64,000 bases of DNA from a virus: positions 230,600 to 294,599 of IMG/VR virus record IMGVR_UViG_3300048854_000232, one strand, 5' to 3'. Each line of letters begins with the position of its first letter. Positions within the stretch are counted from its first letter, which is position 1. The notes beneath the pieces were generated by a model. The model did no database searches. It had not been told where the DNA came from and saw only the letters and a list, made by a program, of their open reading frames with translations. Shown here in pieces: positions 26,579-36,142 of the stretch. Position numbers and translations under genes: made by a program.

Positions 26579-26740
26579 ATGATGCCCGTTGCATTCAGTT
26601 ATTACCAGCGCGTGGATCCGAAGGACAAGGCCAAAGCCGTGGCTGAGATCCGCGCCCATTTGATCGGCCGTGGAATCCCGGAGGACTGCAATAAGTTCGA
26701 ATGGATCCTGCACCGCAAACTTCGCCAGCGCTTTGGCTAA
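26579..26740 (+). CDS. small hypothetical protein (53 aa, not in the ORF track)
   Basis: GGAG RBS; MMPVAFSYYQRVDPKDK...RQRFG*. Confidence 0.55.
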   Translation: MMPVAFSYYQRVDPKDKAKAVAEIRAHLIGRGIPEDCNKFEWILHRKLRQRFG

Positions 26741-26801
26741 GGAAAAATTACAGGCCAACACCATCGGATGTATTGGCAGATAAAAACGAGGTGACGTGCC
26801 C

Positions 26802-27125
26802 ATGAGCGCACCTAGACCCGAACAGGTGCGGCAGGACCTCAATCGGATGAAAGACATCATTGTGGGGCTAACCGGTAGTAACTTACCACCCCACACGCTC
26901 AGTGAGTTGGTGAAAATCCGCACGACGTTCAAACGGCTGGCGTTGGCGTATGGCATCGATCTTCTCGGTGAGGACGGTCCCGACCCGCGCGAGGCGCAAT
27001 GGAAAGCCTTGGCCGACAAAGGCGATTACATCGCCGCGATTAAGTTGTATCGCGAGATCGCCGATTGCGCCATTTTTACCGCCAAGGACGTGGTCGAACA
27101 GTACATTGGCCGCAAGCTCCGTTAA
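26802..27125 (+). CDS. protein with a ribosomal L7/L12 C-terminal-like domain
   Basis: YIAAIKLYREIADCAIFTAKDVVE resembles KIxAIKxxRExxxxGLKEAKDxVE. Confidence 0.55.
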   Translation: MSAPRPEQVRQDLNRMKDIIVGLTGSNLPPHTLSELVKIRTTFKRLALAYGIDLLGEDGPDPREAQWKALADKGDYIAAIKLYREIADCAIFTAKDVVEQYIGRKLR

Positions 27126-27153
27126 TACCACCACCAAAAGGACCCTTCCAGAA

Positions 27154-27393
27154 ATGTCCTATACCGCTTCGCGATGGGAACAGTTTGTAGACCTCGCTGT
27201 CGTTGTCGTTTTTCTTATGCTGCTATTAGGTGTGGGGTATTTGCTCCTGCCCGATCCGTTTGTGTTCTCCCGCGATGCGAAGATCGTCGGCGCCTTCTTG
27301 CTGATCCTGCTCCTGTACTCAGTGGCCTTAAGTGGCACGGTGTACAATCGCACGATTGTCAAGTACCAGCGTCGCCTGCGTAGGCCTCGGTAA
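27154..27393 (+). CDS. small two-TM membrane protein
   Basis: two hydrophobic helices; basic C-terminus. Confidence 0.6.
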   Translation: MSYTASRWEQFVDLAVVVVFLMLLLGVGYLLLPDPFVFSRDAKIVGAFLLILLLYSVALSGTVYNRTIVKYQRRLRRPR

Positions 27394-27396
27394 GTT

Positions 27397-27765
27397 ATGG
27401 CTACTGCCGAGACCTTTCGCATTCCAACACCGGAGTCGGCCCGTGCCCGTCTGTTGGACGAGCTGTCGAACAAGATTGCCAAAAGTACCTACCCGCTGTT
27501 TACCGCGAAGGAACTTAAGGACAAAGTGAAGCTGACCGAAGAGGAATGGTTTGTACGGTCTACCGGGTTTGTCGAAGATGCCAAGAACGGGTTCCCGAAT
27601 ACCGGTTTGGTGCGCGATTTGACCCGTGGCCTCCTGACCAAGCTGTTCACGGCCCATTTGGGTCAGCAGACCGTTGCGAAGTTTGCCACGGTGGTCAAAG
27701 ACGCCCCTCTACCGAAGAAGTACAAGGGACTGGGCACCCCGCGTAACCCTGATGCTGCGAGTTGA
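27397..27765 (+). CDS. hypothetical protein
   Basis: 122 aa ORF in a tight operon. Confidence 0.65.
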   Translation: MATAETFRIPTPESARARLLDELSNKIAKSTYPLFTAKELKDKVKLTEEEWFVRSTGFVEDAKNGFPNTGLVRDLTRGLLTKLFTAHLGQQTVAKFATVVKDAPLPKKYKGLGTPRNPDAAS

Positions 27766-27771
27766 CCGTCG

Positions 27772-28116
27772 ATGGACTATAAAGCACTGACGCGAACCCC
27801 ACGCCGCTTGAGCGTGGTTCCTCTTTTTCTGGCCTGCGCGCTGGCCTTTGGTCTGGTGTTCTTTCTGGACCAGCTGAACCTGAGCCTCTTGGCCACCGCT
27901 TTGCTGCAAGCAGGGATTGCGTTCTGCTTACTGGGCGTGGCTATCGTGATAACGCGTTACCAGACCGCTTCCAAGCGCGCCTGGCGGCTTCGCCAGTTGC
28001 CGGAGCACCAACGTAGCCAAGTAGTGGAGGAACCTCCCTACCGCGGCGTGGAGCGCCGGCGTCGATCGGATCAATCGCAGCCGATCGTGAGCCCGCAACC
28101 CCTATGGGAGGAGTAA
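27772..28116 (+). CDS. membrane protein
   Basis: two TM helices; C-terminal YRGVERRRR. Confidence 0.65.
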   Translation: MDYKALTRTPRRLSVVPLFLACALAFGLVFFLDQLNLSLLATALLQAGIAFCLLGVAIVITRYQTASKRAWRLRQLPEHQRSQVVEEPPYRGVERRRRSDQSQPIVSPQPLWEE

Positions 28117-28121
28117 GAGCG

Positions 28122-28427
28122 ATGGATGATCAGCAATGGGGTACCCGTGTACCACCGGAGCAGCGCTCCCGCGCTCCCTTGCCCGCTCCCAGCACCAAGC
28201 TGGTGGAACGGCGCCTGGAAGCCATCGCCGCACGACTGGGCCGCGACGTCATGACCCTGCCGATTCCCACTTTGCAGGATATCTGCACCAAGTTCCACAA
28301 CGAGAGCAAAGCCAACGCGGATGTCGATGAAGAAGCGTACATCTTTGCCGTGGACCGTCACAACGACTACGCTCTGGCCATCGAACTGCGACAGCGGATC
28401 GAACACCTGGCCGTGCCCACTGCCTAA
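28122..28427 (+). CDS. hypothetical protein
   Basis: GGAGGAG RBS. Confidence 0.6.
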   Translation: MDDQQWGTRVPPEQRSRAPLPAPSTKLVERRLEAIAARLGRDVMTLPIPTLQDICTKFHNESKANADVDEEAYIFAVDRHNDYALAIELRQRIEHLAVPTA

Positions 28428-28491
28428 GTACGTTCCCTGAGAGCCTTCGCCGGTTCTCAGGGAATTGTGCCCTTACCCCTGGAGTTTTTGG

Positions 28492-29160
28492 ATGACCTAT
28501 AACCCCAACGATGAACTTTCCCCAGAAGCTGCTGCCATCTGGCAAGAGACGCTGGCCAAAAAGAAAGCCTTCGAGAAGGAGATGTCCACTGACCCGGTCC
28601 TGTTCGAGGAATTCCGTCAGGTCTGGCTCACTACCTTGGAAAAGCTGGAACGGGACAAGGACACCACCTTGGTCGACGCGGACTTGAAACTGTCCCTGAT
28701 CCTGCTCAACCGTATCCCCGACTTAGTCACGGTCGAGAGCGCCCGCTGCCACCCGGAACATAACCTGGAGGAGAAAGGTAAGCACAAGCCACTATCGATC
28801 ACCATGGCCTTCCGTTACCCGGCACTGAAGACGTTGCAAATGCTCGTCGGAAGCCTGGTGGCCAGCTGCAACACCACGGTGGGTAAACACATGCCCATGG
28901 GCCACGGGGTGCGCCTGGTGACCTCGATGAAACGGCTGCCCCGGGCCATGGATCGAGGCCGTGACGAACGCGTGCTGTACCGGCGGATTAGCCTGCAGGT
29001 CCATTTCAGTCACTTCCCCGAAGTGGCGATCAAGCAGCAGGTCGAATTTATCCGCTTGCTCGAAAATACGTTGGTGTCAGTGCTGTTGTATCTGAAAGTG
29101 GACATCACCGGCCTGGTCGAACTCATCGCCGATCGCGAAATGTCGACCGATCGCAAGTAA
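28492..29160 (+). CDS. hypothetical protein
   Basis: GGAG RBS; LNRIPDLVTVESARCHP. Confidence 0.7.
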   Translation: MTYNPNDELSPEAAAIWQETLAKKKAFEKEMSTDPVLFEEFRQVWLTTLEKLERDKDTTLVDADLKLSLILLNRIPDLVTVESARCHPEHNLEEKGKHKPLSITMAFRYPALKTLQMLVGSLVASCNTTVGKHMPMGHGVRLVTSMKRLPRAMDRGRDERVLYRRISLQVHFSHFPEVAIKQQVEFIRLLENTLVSVLLYLKVDITGLVELIADREMSTDRK

Positions 29161-29347
29161 AAGGTAGAAATATACCTGGGCCGGTAATTTAGTGGCAAAC
29201 CGGCTTAAGTACGACGTCCCAGAAGTCTTAGAAGAAGCGTTATCCCGACCATACCGATCGCGCGATAGCGTCTTTTATAAGCTCCGGACGGCCACCCGCC
29301 GTCTAGGAGCGATTATGCCGCCATTCTCTCATTGCAAGGAGTTGCCC

Positions 29348-29761
29348 ATGTCTTCGTTCCCTAAATTCTCCCGTGTCCGCGACTACCAGTTCTGGTTTAC
29401 CGTGTCGCTGATCCTGGGTCTGTTCCTGCTACTCCTGAGCTTCGCCTTACCCGTCTTGGCCACGATCCCGGTGTGGTATGCCTGGACTCACTGGATCAAT
29501 CCCCAGGACCTTTACGCCCCTTCTGCGTTCGGACCGCGGATTCCACGTGGCATTCCCACGTTCTTGTTGTTCGGCATGTATTACATGCTGGTGGGATTTG
29601 CCAGTTACCAAGCGCAGAAGTGGTCGATGAAGCTCAACGGCTTGTGTCGTGAACTGAATTACCACCGCAAGTACCTGTCGCCCTCAGCGGTTCCGTCGCT
29701 GGACATCACCGCCGAAGACGTGGCCGAGATGGTCGACAAGGCCTCCACCCTAAGGACCTAA
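29348..29761 (+). CDS. membrane protein
   Basis: AAGGAG RBS; two TM segments. Confidence 0.65.
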   Translation: MSSFPKFSRVRDYQFWFTVSLILGLFLLLLSFALPVLATIPVWYAWTHWINPQDLYAPSAFGPRIPRGIPTFLLFGMYYMLVGFASYQAQKWSMKLNGLCRELNYHRKYLSPSAVPSLDITAEDVAEMVDKASTLRT

Positions 29762-29762
29762 G

Positions 29763-30188
29763 ATGTCATCACCGTATCGCCGGGACAGTGTTCCCCTCAT
29801 CGTGGGTCAGTCCTACGCGATCTTGGAGAAGATCGACATCCACTCCTTGGACCAGGTAGGCAAGCTGATGGTGGTGGAGGTGAACATGGTCACCACGGCG
29901 GGTAAGTATTTCCCCACCTACCCGGCGCCTCGGGACATGGCCACGTTCGGTAAGTACTACCCCACCCCGGACGCGCTGGATCCGGACCGGAACGCCTTTG
30001 TTGGTGGCCTCTTGGGCATTGTCCCAGGCGTACCCGGTGAGTTCTTCGTCAACCTGCAACTGATCTACACCCCGGCGACGGGCCAGCTCGATACCAGCTT
30101 CAGCATCGACAGGGAAGACCTGTCGTGGTTGGAACGGATCGAGCTGGTGGTCGGCGCCAAACTCCCCTATCGAGGTAAAGTCTCATGA
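29763..30188 (+). CDS. hypothetical protein
   Basis: 141 aa ORF; AAGGA RBS. Confidence 0.65.
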   Translation: MSSPYRRDSVPLIVGQSYAILEKIDIHSLDQVGKLMVVEVNMVTTAGKYFPTYPAPRDMATFGKYYPTPDALDPDRNAFVGGLLGIVPGVPGEFFVNLQLIYTPATGQLDTSFSIDREDLSWLERIELVVGAKLPYRGKVS

Positions 30189-30376
30189 TGTCCAACGATG
30201 GTACCCCCGTTAACCAGGACTACGACCAGCCCGTCACACCGGCTCCGGATGACGACAAGCTCACCGACGACGACCTGGCGCGGTTTCGCGAACAAACCCA
30301 GATTCACCGTGAATCCACGGTCTCCGGCGTTGCCGGTAAGCTCTGGGACAAGATCAATCCGTTCGGAAGAAAGTAA
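30185..30376 (+). CDS. small acidic protein with an amphipathic C-terminus
   Basis: 63 aa; ATGA overlap; ends KLWDKINPFGRK. Confidence 0.55.
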   Translation: MMSNDGTPVNQDYDQPVTPAPDDDKLTDDDLARFREQTQIHRESTVSGVAGKLWDKINPFGRK

Positions 30377-30377
30377 C

Positions 30378-30839
30378 ATGCGCTCGACCGTCAAGGCTTT
30401 CACCGCCCCTTTGCGGGAATGTCAGCAACGCTGGTTCCAGCGGACCCGCAAAGGCCTGTTCGCGAACCTGGTGCTGCCGCAAGTCTTCGAAATCCGCGCG
30501 CTGGGCGAGATCGACGGCGACAAAGACTACATCCTGATCCAACTTCCGGATCGGATGTCCTTTGGGGATCTTCGTTTCGCACTCCAGGCCATCGCCGAGG
30601 TGCCGGGAGAGATCCTCCCCATGGAGCGCATCCTCACCTACGTCGGGTTACGGGTGATGCCACCGCGTCGGGTCAAGCGACCGACGCCCGCCGAGCGCGC
30701 AGAGACGGAGTTGTACTTAGAATCCATGCGCAGTTTGCAGTTGTGTTTCGTTACTTTCCGGGAAGCGTTGCGTGAGGGCTTGGTCTACACCCTCACCGCC
30801 GAGGAAGGCATCGCTGTTATCACCCTATCTCGACCATAA
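30378..30839 (+). CDS. hypothetical protein
   Basis: ATG 1 nt after the upstream stop. Confidence 0.65.
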   Translation: MRSTVKAFTAPLRECQQRWFQRTRKGLFANLVLPQVFEIRALGEIDGDKDYILIQLPDRMSFGDLRFALQAIAEVPGEILPMERILTYVGLRVMPPRRVKRPTPAERAETELYLESMRSLQLCFVTFREALREGLVYTLTAEEGIAVITLSRP

Positions 30840-30871
30840 GAGTCGAGACCAAGAATAAGGCAGGTATTCCC

Positions 30872-31402
30872 GTGTCCCAAATCAATCTTTTCTCCGGCCG
30901 TATTACCCGAGAGTCCCATCCGGACTTCGTTGAGTATCTGAACACGTTCAAAGACGGCGCCTTGCTGCCGATCTCGGCCGTGCGCATGCTCACCGAAAAG
31001 CCCCATCCCCATGTCCGCTTCGAAAAGAACGGTGTGTCCGATTACATCGTCTTCGCGGTGGAGAAGCCGCTCGTGGTCGACCACATCTCCTGGCTGTATC
31101 GCCGCGTGCTGATCGAGACAGACAAAGAGCCGCCGGATCGCAACGAGTTCTACGAGTACCTGTGGTCGGTACTCTTCCCCAAGACCCCCCGGCATCGGCG
31201 TTCCGAAGCTCAGTGGGAAAAGATCAAGGAAGCCCGTCAGCATTTCGAGATCCCGCACCTGGCCTTCAAGCACTACGCGGCAACGCAGAAGGAAGGACGC
31301 GGTGAAGAAGTGTTCATCGAGCGTACCCACGGCTTTGTGGTGATCGAATACAACAAAGCGCCCGTCAAGACCCCTGAACCGGCCGACGAGGCTGTTGTCT
31401 AA
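30872..31402 (+). CDS. hypothetical protein
   Basis: 176 aa; GTG start. Confidence 0.7.
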   Translation: MSQINLFSGRITRESHPDFVEYLNTFKDGALLPISAVRMLTEKPHPHVRFEKNGVSDYIVFAVEKPLVVDHISWLYRRVLIETDKEPPDRNEFYEYLWSVLFPKTPRHRRSEAQWEKIKEARQHFEIPHLAFKHYAATQKEGRGEEVFIERTHGFVVIEYNKAPVKTPEPADEAVV

Positions 31403-31417
31403 AAAAGGAATGCGCAC

Positions 31418-31951
31418 GTGTCTACCGTACATTTGTTTATCGACAACTACTCAGAACGGCAGCGTGCCCGGATCGCCTCGCATAACGAGGGGGAACTGGC
31501 CACGGTACCGCTGATGGTGGGAGCGACAATCGGACGTAATACCCGTATCCTGGATCGACGCGACGATGAGATTATCATCACGGCGGTTCCACGGGGCACC
31601 GAGAAGCGAACCATCGCATGGCTCTATCACAACGTCGTGGTCCTGCGCAAGGACCTGCTGTCGTTGGATGAGTATTACCATCACGAGGTGGAAGAGGCCT
31701 TCGCTGAGCACTCGGCGACGAACTACGCCACCTCCTCGGGAATGATGATGGAAGTGGATTCCCGGCAGGTCATGAAACGGCTCCGGCAGTTGACGCCCTG
31801 CATGCAGGCGTTCAGCAAGTTTGCCTGGACCCTGGCCACCCGTCGGCTGTCGCTACCGGAGAACGAGCGTTTGCTCACTTCGGTGTCGATGGCAGACGAT
31901 GTAATCATCCTGCGTATCAACCGCACCGTGGACGCGCTGCTACCGGCCTAA
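31418..31951 (+). CDS. hypothetical protein
   Basis: 177 aa; AAGGA RBS. Confidence 0.7.
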   Translation: MSTVHLFIDNYSERQRARIASHNEGELATVPLMVGATIGRNTRILDRRDDEIIITAVPRGTEKRTIAWLYHNVVVLRKDLLSLDEYYHHEVEEAFAEHSATNYATSSGMMMEVDSRQVMKRLRQLTPCMQAFSKFAWTLATRRLSLPENERLLTSVSMADDVIILRINRTVDALLPA

Positions 31952-32010
31952 CGGCATACGACCCCAGGAACCCTTTGCGGGGTTCCTGGGGCACGTGTGT
32001 CTTTCTTTTG
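31951..32010. terminator. bidirectional hairpin terminator between convergent genes
   Basis: ACGGCATA..CCCCAGGAACCC-TTTGCG-GGGTTCCTGGGG. Confidence 0.7.
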
Positions 32011-32014
32011 TTGC

Positions 32015-33832
32015 TTACGCAGCAACCGTGATCGCGATGATGTCGTCCAGTGTACCGGTCGAACCATTGGCGTCGGTCACGATGAGGTGCAGCGACATCG
32101 TCACGCTGGTGGTGATCGGACCGGAGAGCACGCCCGTGGACGCGTTCAGAGCCCAACCCGCGGGGACGTCTTCGGACTGGGGACCCAGGGCCCAGGTCAG
32201 CGGCGCCTTACCACCGGTGACCGCGTAACCGTTGTAGGTGTAGGTGTCGCCATTGGTAGCCGCGGCGTTATCCGGCGCGTCACCCGTGACCACGATAGCC
32301 GCAGCAACAGTGATGGTCACCGAATCGGCCAGGGTCTTGACCGTACCATTCGCGTCCGTCACCTGGACCGTGTAGTTGTAGGTACCGGCCACGTTGGGCA
32401 TGGTCACCGTGCCGTCGGAGCCATTGATGGTCCAACCGCTGGGCGCTGCGCCGTTGAAGGCGTAGACCAACGGAGCCTTGCCACCGCCACCGGTGTACTT
32501 GTAGGTGGAAGAAGCGCCCGGCTTGGCCAAGGTGAGGTCCGGTGCTGCGCCGGTCAATGTGACCGCAGGCGCCGTGGTGATCACGACTGTCTCGGCCAGT
32601 TCCACCACCGTGCCGTTGGCATCGGTCAGCTGCAGGGTATAGTTGAACGTACCCGCTGTCTTGGGCATCGTGACCAGACCCGCGTTGGTGACCGTCCAGC
32701 CAGCCGGCGTCGTACCTGCCTTGAAGGCGACCGTGTACGGAGCTTTACCACCGGCCAGCGTGTACTGGTAGGTGGCCGAACCCGTGGGGGCAACCTGCGA
32801 CAGGTCCGGAGCCGTACCCGTCAGGGTCAGAGCCGGAGCGATCGAGAGCACGACCGAGTCGGTGATGCTGGCAACCGTGCCGTCGTTGTCGGTGACCTTG
32901 ATGCCGTAGTTGAACGTGCCCGCGGTGTGCGGGATCGTGACCACGCCCGTGGCCCCGTTGATCGTCCAGCCTGCCGGAGCGGCGCCGTCGAACGCGTAGG
33001 TGTAGGGAGCCGCACCACCGGAGGCCGTGTAGCCGTAGGTGGAGGTACCGGTCGGACCGACCAGCAAGAAGTCAGGAGCGGAGCCAGCCAGGGCCAGAGC
33101 CGGTCCGGAGACCATGGTGATCTGCACGGTATCGGCCAGCTGCGCGGTAGCGCCGACATGGTCGGTCACGATCACGCCGTAGCTGAACTGACCCGGAGCG
33201 TTCTGGATGGTCAGCAGACCGGTGTTATCGATCGTCCAGTTGGCCGGACCGCCCAGGCCCGTGAAGTTCACGGTGTACGGCGGGGTACCACCAACCACGG
33301 TGTACTGGAACGTCGTGGTGTGATTCGGATGGGCGTCGGTCACGTCCGGCGCATTGCCGGTGATCGCCAGGGCCAGCGGCACCGCCTTGAGCTGCAGGGT
33401 GTAGGTGCCGAAGTAGATCAGCGAAGTCGCCTTGGCCGTGATGACCTGGTCGCCACCAGTGGCGAGGGCAGCACTGGCGATGTCGTCGGAGGTCAGCATC
33501 AGGCCGTAGGCGGCGTTGATGGCCGGCAGGATATCGATCGTGGTGGTCCAACCCGGCTGCAGCTGCACGGTCAGGCCCGTGGCGCCGAAGAGGACGTTCA
33601 GATCCAGGCGGTTGTAATGCAGCAACGCCGAGCCACTCCAGGTGGTCGTGCCGTTGGCAGTGGCCGTGACGTCGGTGTTGAGGTCTTCGACCGTGCCAGC
33701 GATGGGCGCACCGAACGACATGTCGCCGAGGGTGAACTCAGTCCCGTTGGCGGCGTTGATAAGGTCAATCAGGATCTTCGGCGCAGGCTGCGCCAAGTTC
33801 TGGTTCGTTTCGGCGAGGTTCGGAAGGGACAT
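32015..33832 (-). CDS. virion-associated protein with an N-terminal phiKZ-type anchor domain and five Ig-like (He_PIG-type) repeats
   Basis: YNRLDL anchor motif; repeats of LTGxAPD...GGxAPYT...PAGWTIN..G...GTFNY...TDANG. Confidence 0.8.
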   Translation of the reverse strand: MSLPNLAETNQNLAQPAPKILIDLINAANGTEFTLGDMSFGAPIAGTVEDLNTDVTATANGTTTWSGSALLHYNRLDLNVLFGATGLTVQLQPGWTTTIDILPAINAAYGLMLTSDDIASAALATGGDQVITAKATSLIYFGTYTLQLKAVPLALAITGNAPDVTDAHPNHTTTFQYTVVGGTPPYTVNFTGLGGPANWTIDNTGLLTIQNAPGQFSYGVIVTDHVGATAQLADTVQITMVSGPALALAGSAPDFLLVGPTGTSTYGYTASGGAAPYTYAFDGAAPAGWTINGATGVVTIPHTAGTFNYGIKVTDNDGTVASITDSVVLSIAPALTLTGTAPDLSQVAPTGSATYQYTLAGGKAPYTVAFKAGTTPAGWTVTNAGLVTMPKTAGTFNYTLQLTDANGTVVELAETVVITTAPAVTLTGAAPDLTLAKPGASSTYKYTGGGGKAPLVYAFNGAAPSGWTINGSDGTVTMPNVAGTYNYTVQVTDANGTVKTLADSVTITVAAAIVVTGDAPDNAAATNGDTYTYNGYAVTGGKAPLTWALGPQSEDVPAGWALNASTGVLSGPITTSVTMSLHLIVTDANGSTGTLDDIIAITVAA

Positions 33833-33910
33833 GGACGTTCCTTAAAAGGCAATGGGCAGCTAAGAAGGAGCCCGATCATCGATCAGGTCCCGCATAGAAT
33901 GCTGAAGGGC

Positions 33911-34312
33911 TCACACCGCGGACGGGTGCACGCAGATGAAAGCGATGGCGATGTAGGTGAAGTTGTGCAGCATCTGATCGATGCCCAACGTGACCCAGAA
34001 ACCTTTGTCAGCGACCGTGTAATGGGTCAGGTGCGCCTTCCAGTAATCGACCAGCAGATGAGCCAGGAAATCGCCCACCGCTACCAGGAGCGCCAGGCGC
34101 AGCCCAGAGAAGGGTACGACCACCCAGAAGGTTAGCAGGCCGTGGATGGCGCAGTGCGCGGCCAGTGGCAACAGCCACCCTTCGGCCGCGGTCTTCTTCA
34201 GCATGTACTGACTTTGCAGGGGAAAATCAGCCAAGAAGTGCTTGAACATCAGACCAAGCAAGAGCATCAGCAAGGTCAGGAAAGGGTTACTGCTAAATGC
34301 AGAGCTCATCAT
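33911..34312 (-). CDS. DUF3307-like membrane protein
   Basis: KHFLADFPLQ, HCAIH, HLLVDYWK, LGIDQMLH. Confidence 0.8.
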   Translation of the reverse strand: MMSSAFSSNPFLTLLMLLLGLMFKHFLADFPLQSQYMLKKTAAEGWLLPLAAHCAIHGLLTFWVVVPFSGLRLALLVAVGDFLAHLLVDYWKAHLTHYTVADKGFWVTLGIDQMLHNFTYIAIAFICVHPSAV

Positions 34313-34372
34313 GGGACATCCTTACGTAGTTAACGGGTTCGTTCCTCATAGGAAACGGCAAGATTCCAGCTC

Positions 34373-34399
34373 ATTTCAAACCTATAACACCCCGATGAA
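34373..34399 (+). promoter_or_regulatory. putative promoter, variant of the early motif
   Basis: ATTTCAAACCTATAACACCCCGATGAA, like 13271. Confidence 0.45.
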
Positions 34400-34426
34400 C
34401 CTCCACCACCATTCAAAGGACCTGTC

Positions 34427-35023
34427 ATGCTCGATCAACTTCCGCACCTCACTCCGCCGCAGAAAACGGTTCTCGACCTGGCACTTGCCCGTTTGAATAC
34501 GTGGGCGCCTAAGATTGCCCTTCTCCACGGCCTCATGCTATTCGCGCCAGAAACCGGCTGGTCGGAAACCCGCTGGCGGATCTATCGCGAAGACACGACG
34601 GCCAACCCGCTCTTCGGGTATTTCCGCTTCAACCCCAATCGCCTATGGCACAGCTACGATGTCTCGGCCTTCGGTGCCGAGGAACTGAACGGCGGTCTGA
34701 CGATGGAGTTCCTCGAAAAGCATACGCGTCGAGCTTTCGAAGATCTCAAGCAAGAATTCTACACCCGCGACTGCGAGACCTTCCTGGAACTGCTGAAGCT
34801 CCTCTACGTGCCAGGCCAAATGGTCTTTAACGAGGTGGAGTTCGATAAGAAGCTCACGCGCTTCAGCGGCGACGAGGACGAAGGTGGGCTGACGCTGCAT
34901 GTCTCGGGGGCGTTTCTGTTTCCCCGTGCGGAAGTACCCACCTACACCGCCTGGCAGGAAGAGGAAGCGGAATCGGCGAGTCCGGCCCCGTACCTCATCC
35001 TTCCCTTTGAAATCGAATACTAA
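34427..35023 (+). CDS. hypothetical protein, paralog trio member 1
   Basis: C-terminal LHVSGAFLF...ILPFEIEY. Confidence 0.7.
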   Translation: MLDQLPHLTPPQKTVLDLALARLNTWAPKIALLHGLMLFAPETGWSETRWRIYREDTTANPLFGYFRFNPNRLWHSYDVSAFGAEELNGGLTMEFLEKHTRRAFEDLKQEFYTRDCETFLELLKLLYVPGQMVFNEVEFDKKLTRFSGDEDEGGLTLHVSGAFLFPRAEVPTYTAWQEEEAESASPAPYLILPFEIEY

Positions 35024-35032
35024 GGACTTGCC

Positions 35033-35527
35033 ATGCTCATCCCGACCGATGTACTGAAAGCCCATGCGAGCAAGCGGGGTCGCGAGTTGATCTACCCCCT
35101 GTCGTCGATCCCGCAAATCAAGCGGGTAGCAGACATGCAGGGATCGGCATCGCGCCTGAGTATCCACCTGGCGGCGCGTGTGATCAGTTTGCAGATCGTC
35201 GACTACGACCTGGACAAGATCGCGGCCACGCCCGATCCGATGAGCAAAGAGGCGATCAACCGCGCGCTGGGTAGTCTCTACGTGGGCGCCCCGCGCTCCT
35301 TGGTGGATTTCGCAGCCCTGTTCGGGATCATCGATGTCCTGACCAAGAACGATGCTGGCGAGATCCTTAACATCAAGTGCACTAATCACTTTTTCTCCGA
35401 CGCAGCGCAAACCAACGTGGAGATCGAGGGGTACCTCAATGTGCGTGAAGGCGATATCCCGGCCAAGTATTTCACCGGTGATGAAGCCAACGAAATGCAC
35501 GTGGTATTGTTCCACCTGATCTACTAA
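35033..35527 (+). CDS. hypothetical protein, paralog trio member 2
   Basis: VEIEGYLNV...VVLFHLIY. Confidence 0.7.
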   Translation: MLIPTDVLKAHASKRGRELIYPLSSIPQIKRVADMQGSASRLSIHLAARVISLQIVDYDLDKIAATPDPMSKEAINRALGSLYVGAPRSLVDFAALFGIIDVLTKNDAGEILNIKCTNHFFSDAAQTNVEIEGYLNVREGDIPAKYFTGDEANEMHVVLFHLIY

Positions 35528-35563
35528 TACCGCCACCTTTACCACTCTTACAAGGAATCGTTA

Positions 35564-36079
35564 ATGAACACCCCGACCATGAACCGCCAGCTCCTCAATC
35601 AGTACATGCACGAGCGCTTGACCGCGCTGCGCGCCTCGATCGCCAACCTGCCGTGCGTGGCCAGTGCGGAAGAACTGCGCACGATGCGCGAGGGCCCGCT
35701 GGAGTTCAATACCATCGAGCTGAACTTCACCTTGCAGGGTGAAACGATGTGGACGCATTTGGAAGTGTGCCCGTATCGGGTGGAGCCGGCCGAGGATTTC
35801 GGCACGCCCATGACGAACGAGCAGTGGGACGCGGCCAACACCGCCGCGTTCGGTGAGGAGCTGGCGACGGCGCCCTACTCGGCGCTGTGTGCAGTGTTGC
35901 GCAATGAGGGTCGTGCGCGGGTGTGGACGACGCGTGCCAAGCAGGTCTCCATGGCCGCCGGTCGGACCGTCGAGGTCCAGTTGAGCGGCTACCTCGTGGT
36001 CGATGCTTCCGAACTGGAAGGGCCGCTGTGGGAGGGCAAAACGGGCGAGTACGGGATTCCGTTCAAGTTTCGTTATTAA
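35564..36079 (+). CDS. hypothetical protein, paralog trio member 3
   Basis: VQLSGYLVV...GIPFKFRY. Confidence 0.7.
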   Translation: MNTPTMNRQLLNQYMHERLTALRASIANLPCVASAEELRTMREGPLEFNTIELNFTLQGETMWTHLEVCPYRVEPAEDFGTPMTNEQWDAANTAAFGEELATAPYSALCAVLRNEGRARVWTTRAKQVSMAAGRTVEVQLSGYLVVDASELEGPLWEGKTGEYGIPFKFRY

Positions 36080-36142
36080 GACTATGACCCGACTGATGTT
36101 GGGTCACACAGGGGGTTCACGAAACCGGATAAGGAGTACACC

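Noticed and set aside
28035-28070. YRGVERRRR as a c-di-GMP-binding motif
   Set aside because: Single short motif with no PilZ-like domain context; too weak to report
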